From an uncultured Alistipes sp. (lineage in GTDB: Bacteria; Bacteroidota; Bacteroidia; Bacteroidales; Rikenellaceae): 32,000 nucleotides of DNA. The DNA lies in assembly GCF_963931675.1 (NCBI RefSeq), contig NZ_OZ007039.1, forward strand, positions 497,657 through 529,656, written 5' to 3'. A model generated the notes under the pieces. That model was not told the origin of the DNA and did no database searches. It worked only from the letters and a program-made list of their open reading frames with translations. Of this stretch, positions 27,048-32,000 are shown piece after piece (position 1 is the first letter of the stretch; the number at the start of each line of letters is the position of its first letter). The translations under genes were made by a program, and so were the position numbers.

Positions 27048-28082
27048 ATGAAATCCCTTGAAGAGCTGGTCCGGCCGAACATCCGGGCCCTGAAACCCTA
27101 CTCCACGGCGCGCGACGAGTACGCCGGCGGGGAGATCACGACGTGGCTCGACGCCAACGAAAACCCCTACGACAACGGGCTGAACCGCTACCCTGATCCG
27201 CACCAGCGGGAGCTGAAGCGGCGGATCGCCGCGCTGAAGGGGGTGCGCGAGGGCCGGATTTTCCTCGGCAACGGCAGCGACGAGGCGATCGACCTGGCCT
27301 ACCGGATCTTCTGCCGTCCGGGCCGGGACAACGCGGTTTCGATTGCCCCGACCTACGGCATGTACCGCGTGGCGGCCGACACGAACGACGTGGAGATGCG
27401 CGAGGTGGCGCTGGGCGCCGACTTCTCGCTGCCGACCGACGCGCTGCTGGCGGCAGCCGACGAACATACGAAACTGCTGTGGCTCTGCTCGCCGAACAAC
27501 CCCACGGGCAACGCCTTCCCGACCGGGGAGATCGAACGGCTGCTGCGCGAATTCGCGGGGATGGTGGTCCTGGACGAAGCCTATATCGACTTCGCCGCGG
27601 AGCCGGGCTTTCTCCGTCGCCTCGACGAATTTCCGAACCTGATCATCCTGCAAACCTTCTCGAAGGCGTGGGGCATGGCGGGGATCCGCCTCGGCATGGC
27701 CTTCGCCGCGGAACCCGTTGCGGAGCTCTTCGCGCGGGTGAAGTATCCCTACAACATCAACGGCCCCACGCAGCGGATCGTTGCCGAACGCCTCTCGACG
27801 GACATCGCGCCGCAGGTTGCCGAGCTGCGCTCCGAGCGTGAGCGCATGGCGCAGGCCCTTGCCGCCTGCCCGGCCGTGGAACGGGTCTACCCTTCGGATG
27901 CGAACTTCCTGCTGGTGCGCACGGCGGCGCCCGACCGGCTCTACGACACGCTGATCGCCGCGGGGGTGATCGTCCGCAACCGCTCGCGGATCCCGGGCTG
28001 CGCCGGATGCCTTCGCATGACGATCGGCCGCCCGGAGGAGAACGACCTTCTGTTGCAAACCGTCCAAAACTTCCGCCCATGA
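27048..28082 (+). CDS. hisC: Histidinol-phosphate aminotransferase
   Basis: 344 aa. Contains LDANENPY, the [17 protein letters not shown]-lysine motif and LRMTIG. Confidence 0.95.
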   Translation: MKSLEELVRPNIRALKPYSTARDEYAGGEITTWLDANENPYDNGLNRYPDPHQRELKRRIAALKGVREGRIFLGNGSDEAIDLAYRIFCRPGRDNAVSIAPTYGMYRVAADTNDVEMREVALGADFSLPTDALLAAADEHTKLLWLCSPNNPTGNAFPTGEIERLLREFAGMVVLDEAYIDFAAEPGFLRRLDEFPNLIILQTFSKAWGMAGIRLGMAFAAEPVAELFARVKYPYNINGPTQRIVAERLSTDIAPQVAELRSERERMAQALAACPAVERVYPSDANFLLVRTAAPDRLYDTLIAAGVIVRNRSRIPGCAGCLRMTIGRPEENDLLLQTVQNFRP

Positions 28083-29215
28083 ACACGCTGAAAAAAGCCC
28101 TCTTCATCGACCGCGACGGCACGATCATCACGGAACCGGCCGACGAACAGATCGACAGCCTCGACAAGCTGACGTTCGTTCCGGGCGCCATCTCGGGACT
28201 CAAGGCCCTCGCGGGACTGGATTTCGAGTTGGTGCTGGCTACGAACCAGGACGGCCTGGGGACCGGCTCCTTCCCGGAGGCGACCTTCTGGCCGGCGCAC
28301 GAAAAGATGCTTGCGACGCTCGGCGGCGAAGGCATCCGCTTCGACGACGCACTCATCGACCGCACCTTCGAGCGCGACAACGCCCCGACGCGCAAACCCC
28401 GCACGGGGATGTTTACCCGCTACCTGAACGGGGCATACGACCTCTCCGGAAGCTACGTCATCGGCGACCGCGTGACGGACCTCCAGCTGGCCCGCAACCT
28501 CGGGGCGCGGGGCATCCTGCTCCGCCCGGCGGAGGAGGGCCGGCGGATGGCGGAGGAGGCGGGGGTTGCAGAGACCTGCGTGCTGGCGACCGACTCGTGG
28601 GCGGAGATTGCGGAGTTCATCCGCCGCGGGGAGCGGCGCGTGGAGGTGCAGCGCAACACGCGCGAGACGCAGATCCGCGTACAACTGGACCTCGACGGCC
28701 GGGGCGACTTCAACGACCGCATCTCGACGGGCCTGCGCTTCCTGGACCACATGCTCTCGCAGATCGCCCACCACGGCGGGGTCTCGCTGGCGGTGGAGGC
28801 GCACGGCGACCTCGACATCGACGAACACCACACCGTGGAGGACGTGGCCATCACGCTGGGCGAAGCCATCGACCGGGCGCTGGGCTCGAAGGCCGGGATC
28901 GCCCGCTACGGCTTCGCGCTGCCGATGGACGACTGCCGGGCGCTGGTGCTGCTCGACTTCGGGGGCCGGATCGACTTCGAGTGGGAGGCGGAATTCCGCC
29001 GCGAACGGGTGGGCGACGTCCCTACGGAACTGTTCCGCCACTTCTTCCAGTCGCTGTGCTGCGCCGCGCGCTGCAACCTGCAGATCGCGGCCCGGGGCGA
29101 GAACGACCACCACAAGGCCGAAGCGATCTTCAAGGCCTTCGCCCGGGCGCTGCGCATGGCCGTACAGCGGCAAGGCTTCGGATACGACATACCCAGCAGC
29201 AAAGGAGTCCTATGA
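28079..29215 (+). CDS. hisB: Bifunctional histidinol-phosphatase / imidazoleglycerol-phosphate dehydratase
   Basis: Start [16 protein letters not shown] (HAD DxDGT motif). The C-terminal IGPD motifs [11 protein letters not shown] and [10 protein letters not shown] are present. The ATG overlaps the hisC stop (ATGA). Confidence 0.95.
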   Translation: MNTLKKALFIDRDGTIITEPADEQIDSLDKLTFVPGAISGLKALAGLDFELVLATNQDGLGTGSFPEATFWPAHEKMLATLGGEGIRFDDALIDRTFERDNAPTRKPRTGMFTRYLNGAYDLSGSYVIGDRVTDLQLARNLGARGILLRPAEEGRRMAEEAGVAETCVLATDSWAEIAEFIRRGERRVEVQRNTRETQIRVQLDLDGRGDFNDRISTGLRFLDHMLSQIAHHGGVSLAVEAHGDLDIDEHHTVEDVAITLGEAIDRALGSKAGIARYGFALPMDDCRALVLLDFGGRIDFEWEAEFRRERVGDVPTELFRHFFQSLCCAARCNLQIAARGENDHHKAEAIFKAFARALRMAVQRQGFGYDIPSSKGVL

Positions 29216-29889
29216 TAGCCGTTGTCGATTACGATACGGGCAACCTGCGCTCGGTTGCCGATGCGCTCCGGCGGGCCGGAGCGGAGTTCACGCTCACAGC
29301 CGCCCCGGCCGTGCTGCGCGCCGCCGACCGGGTGATCCTCCCGGGTGTGGGCGAAGCGTCAAGCGCCATGGCGAAGCTGCGGGAGCGGGGTCTGGACAGC
29401 GTGATCCCGGCGCTCACGTGCCCCGTTCTGGGGATCTGCATCGGGATGCAGCTCATGTGCCTTTCGAGCGAGGAGGGCGACGCCGAATGCCTGGGGATCT
29501 TCCCCACGCGGGTGCGCCGCCTCGACGCCGATCCGGAATTTGCATCCGTTTGCGGCGGGCATCCGGAACTTCCCGACGCGGACAGCCGCACCGCCGCTCC
29601 GGAGGGCACGCCGGCCGCATCCCGGCTGAAAGTGCCCCATGTGGGATGGAATACGGTCACGGCATTGCGCACGTCGCTCTTCTCGGGGCTTCCGGAGGAG
29701 AGCTACGTCTACTACGTGCACTCCTATGCGGCGGACCTCTGCACGGCGACGGCCGCCACGACGGAGTACGGGCGGCAGTTCAGTGCGGCGCTGGCGCGTG
29801 ACAACTTCTACGGCACACAGTTCCACCCGGAGAAGAGCGGCGCGGCGGGAGCGACAATAATCGGTAATTTTTTAAAACTCCAACCATGA
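29212..29889 (+). CDS. hisH: Imidazole glycerol phosphate synthase, glutaminase subunit
   Basis: Start [12 protein letters not shown]. Catalytic [15 protein letters not shown] and FHPEKSG motifs. 225 aa, about 30 aa longer than typical. The ATG overlaps the hisB stop (ATGA). Confidence 0.93.
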   Translation: MIAVVDYDTGNLRSVADALRRAGAEFTLTAAPAVLRAADRVILPGVGEASSAMAKLRERGLDSVIPALTCPVLGICIGMQLMCLSSEEGDAECLGIFPTRVRRLDADPEFASVCGGHPELPDADSRTAAPEGTPAASRLKVPHVGWNTVTALRTSLFSGLPEESYVYYVHSYAADLCTATAATTEYGRQFSAALARDNFYGTQFHPEKSGAAGATIIGNFLKLQP

Positions 29890-30617
29890 ATATCACGATT
29901 ATACCGGCTACGGACCTGATCGACGGCCAGTGCGTGCGGCTGACGCAGGGCGACTACGCCAGCCGGAAGACCTACTACCGCGATCCGCTCGATGCGGCCC
30001 TACGCTTCGAGCAGGCGGGGATCCGCCGCCTGCACATGGTCGACCTCGACGGCGCGAAGGCCTCCGAACCGCGGAATCTCCGGGTCCTGGAGCGCGTGGC
30101 GACACGCACCTCGCTCGAAGTGCAGTACGGCGGCGGCATCAAGAGCCGCGAAGCCCTCGACAGCGTCTTCAATGCCGGGGCTCGGCGGGCCATCTGCGGC
30201 AGCATCGCCGTGCGCCATCCGGAGCTTTTCGCCCAATGGCTCACGGAGTTCGGGCCCGAACGGCTGATCCTCGGGGCCGACATCCGCGACGGAAAGGTGG
30301 CCGTGCAGGGGTGGCTCGAAACCGCCTCGACAAGCGCCGCCGAGCTGATCGAAGAGTTCCTGCCACAAGGTGTTGCGCAGGTTATCTGCACCGATATTTC
30401 ACGTGACGGCATGCTCTGCGGCCCCTCGGCGGAGTTCTATGCCGCCCTGCAGCAGCAGTTCCCGACGGTCGAAATCACCGTCAGCGGCGGAATCTCGTCG
30501 CTGGAGGACATCCTCCGGCTCGACGAAAAAGGTCTGCGGAGCGTCATCGTCGGCAAGGCGCTCTACGAAGGACGTATCACCCTTGAAGAACTCGAACGAT
30601 GCTTGCAAAACGGATAA
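29886..30617 (+). CDS. hisA: ProFAR isomerase (1-(5-phosphoribosyl)-5-[(5-phosphoribosylamino)methylideneamino]imidazole-4-carboxamide isomerase)
   Basis: 243 aa. Motifs [23 protein letters not shown] and [12 protein letters not shown]. The ATG overlaps the hisH stop (ATGA). Confidence 0.93.
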   Translation: MNITIIPATDLIDGQCVRLTQGDYASRKTYYRDPLDAALRFEQAGIRRLHMVDLDGAKASEPRNLRVLERVATRTSLEVQYGGGIKSREALDSVFNAGARRAICGSIAVRHPELFAQWLTEFGPERLILGADIRDGKVAVQGWLETASTSAAELIEEFLPQGVAQVICTDISRDGMLCGPSAEFYAALQQQFPTVEITVSGGISSLEDILRLDEKGLRSVIVGKALYEGRITLEELERCLQNG

Positions 30618-31351
30618 TTCCCTGCCTGGACATCCGCGACGGTCAGACCGTCAAGGGAATCCACTTCGAGGGGCTGCGGCAGGTCGGCGACCCCGTGGAG
30701 CTGGGCGCGAAGTACGCCGCACAGGGGGCCGACGAACTGGTCTACCTCGACATCAGCGCCTCGGAGGAGGGGCGCCGGACCTTCACCGGTCTGGTCACCC
30801 GCATCGCGGCCCGCATCGACATCCCCTTCACCGTCGGGGGCGGCATCTCCTCGGTGGAGGATGCCGGGCGGCTGCTCGACGCCGGGGCCGACAAGGTGAC
30901 GGTCAACAGCGCCGCCGTGCGCAACCCGTCGCTGATCGACGCCATTGCGGCCAAATACGGTTCGCAATTCATCGTGGCGGCGATCGACGCCCGGCAGGTC
31001 GACGGCCGCTGGGTTGTCACGACCCATGGCGGCAAACGCCCCACCGACCGCGAACTCTTCACGTGGGCCCGGGAGACCGTCGAGCGCGGCGCCGGGGAGA
31101 TCCTCTTCACCTCGATGGACCACGACGGCACGAAAAACGGCTACCCTTGCGAGACCTTCGCGCGGCTGGCCGGGCTGCCCGTGCCGATCATCGCCTCGGG
31201 CGGTGCCGGGACCGTGGACCACATCGCCGAGGTCCTCACCCGCGGACGGGCCGATGCCGCCCTGGCCGCCAGCATCTTCCATTACGACGAAATCCCGATC
31301 CCCGTCCTGAAGCGAGCGTTGAACCAACGGGGCATCCCCGTCCGACTTTAA
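30599..31351 (+). CDS. hisF: Imidazole glycerol phosphate synthase, cyclase subunit
   Basis: 250 aa. Motifs [26 protein letters not shown] and IASGGAG. Overlaps hisA by 19 nt. Confidence 0.95.
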   Translation: MLAKRIIPCLDIRDGQTVKGIHFEGLRQVGDPVELGAKYAAQGADELVYLDISASEEGRRTFTGLVTRIAARIDIPFTVGGGISSVEDAGRLLDAGADKVTVNSAAVRNPSLIDAIAAKYGSQFIVAAIDARQVDGRWVVTTHGGKRPTDRELFTWARETVERGAGEILFTSMDHDGTKNGYPCETFARLAGLPVPIIASGGAGTVDHIAEVLTRGRADAALAASIFHYDEIPIPVLKRALNQRGIPVRL

Positions 31352-31389
31352 AGCAAACCGATAAAAAATACGAAAAACACGAAAATCCC

Positions 31390-32000
31390 ATGAAAATCCA
31401 AGCCGTTCCGTTCTCGGAACTCAACCTCGAAAAACTCCCCGACGGACTTGTTCCGGCCGTCATTCAGGATGCCCGCACCCTGCAGGTGCTGATGCTGGGC
31501 TACATGAACCGCGAGGCCTACGAAAAGAGCCTCGCCGAAGGGCGCGTCACCTTCTACAGCCGTTCGCGGCAATGCCTCTGGACCAAGGGCGAGACCAGCG
31601 GCCACTGGCTCGACATCGTTTCGGTGGCCGCCGACTGCGATGCCGACACGCTCCTCGTGCGGGTCATCCCCCACGGCCCCACCTGCCACACCGGATCGAA
31701 AACCTGCTTCGGAGAGGCCGTGCCCGAGACCGAAGGCTTCATCCGTTACCTGCAGAGCGTCATCCAGGGGCGCCACGCCGAGATGCCCGAAGGCTCCTAC
31801 ACCTCGAAACTCTTCACGCGCGGCGTGAACAAGATCGCCCAGAAGGTCGGCGAAGAGGCCGTCGAGACGGTTATCGAAGCCGTGGCCGGGAACCGCGACG
31901 CCATGATTTACGAGGCTTCGGACCTCATCTACCACCTGCTCGTGCTGCTCGAAGCCACCGGCTGCACGATTGCCGACCTCGAACGCGAACTGGCCCGCCG
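31390..32000 (+). CDS. hisIE: Bifunctional phosphoribosyl-AMP cyclohydrolase / phosphoribosyl-ATP pyrophosphatase, 3'-truncated by window edge
   Basis: My own translation from the ATG at 31390: MKIQAVPFSELNLEKLPDGLVPAVIQDARTLQVLMLGYMNREAYEKSL...SRSRQCLWTKGETSGHWL...DCDADTLLVRV...GPTCHTG (HisI), then YTSKLFTRGVNKIAQKVGEEAVE...DLIYHLLVLL (HisE). It is absent from the ORF track because no stop falls inside the window. Confidence 0.9.
   Translation, partial: MKIQAVPFSELNLEKLPDGLVPAVIQDARTLQVLMLGYMNREAYEKSLAEGRVTFYSRSRQCLWTKGETSGHWLDIVSVAADCDADTLLVRVIPHGPTCHTGSKTCFGEAVPETEGFIRYLQSVIQGRHAEMPEGSYTSKLFTRGVNKIAQKVGEEAVETVIEAVAGNRDAMIYEASDLIYHLLVLLEATGCTIADLERELAR

Noticed and set aside
25679-29826. 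Many 100-420-aa alternative-frame and antisense ORFs across hisD, hisC, hisB and hisH (for example 25679..26947 -, 26859..28067 -, 27941..29173 -, 28566..29801 +)
   Set aside because: All are Arg/Pro/Gly/Ala-rich out-of-frame products of GC-rich coding sequence. The his genes in the annotated frames carry diagnostic motifs and tile the region completely.

Overview
High-GC (hand counts of sampled lines about 57-65 % GC) Bacteroidota-type chromosomal segment. This is inferred from recurrent TTTG-N19-21-TAnnTTTG promoter boxes, A-rich leaders without Shine-Dalgarno sequences, and Bacteroidales-like gene order. An Alistipes/Rikenellaceae-like origin is a guess only. The content is almost entirely core housekeeping.

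Features in order:
- 5'-truncated aminotransferase, FadL-like outer-membrane protein, tRNA-Arg(CCT), L-serine dehydratase and an overlapping small 4-TM protein.
- A 1,173-bp AT-rich IS element with perfect 26-bp inverted repeats and an 8-bp target duplication.
- The minus-strand super-operon tRNA-Thr/Tyr/Gly - tuf - tRNA-Trp - secE - nusG - rplKAJL - rpoB - rpoC.
- An AraC-type regulator, a coiled-coil lipoprotein, L31, a tRNA with anticodon CAT, and an XRE/cupin regulator with an AMP-forming acyl-CoA ligase.
- A complete E. coli-ordered histidine operon hisG-D-C-B-H-A-F-IE, with hisIE cut by the window end.

I do not see a multi-gene defence or other accessory system. The only clear accessory DNA is the IS.

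The observations most worth follow-up are non-coding:
- A His-rich leader peptide with terminator and candidate antiterminator ahead of hisG.
- Five intergenic G/C homopolymers, each exactly 9 nt. Two pairs bracket purine- or pyrimidine-only low-complexity spacers next to tRNA genes or terminators.
- A tRNA(CAT) with a non-canonical T-arm.
- The conserved thrU-tyrU-glyT-thrT-tuf cluster lacking its fourth tRNA.
- A roughly 30-aa insertion in HisH.

The very long antisense ORFs over rpoC, rpoB and tuf are codon-bias artefacts.
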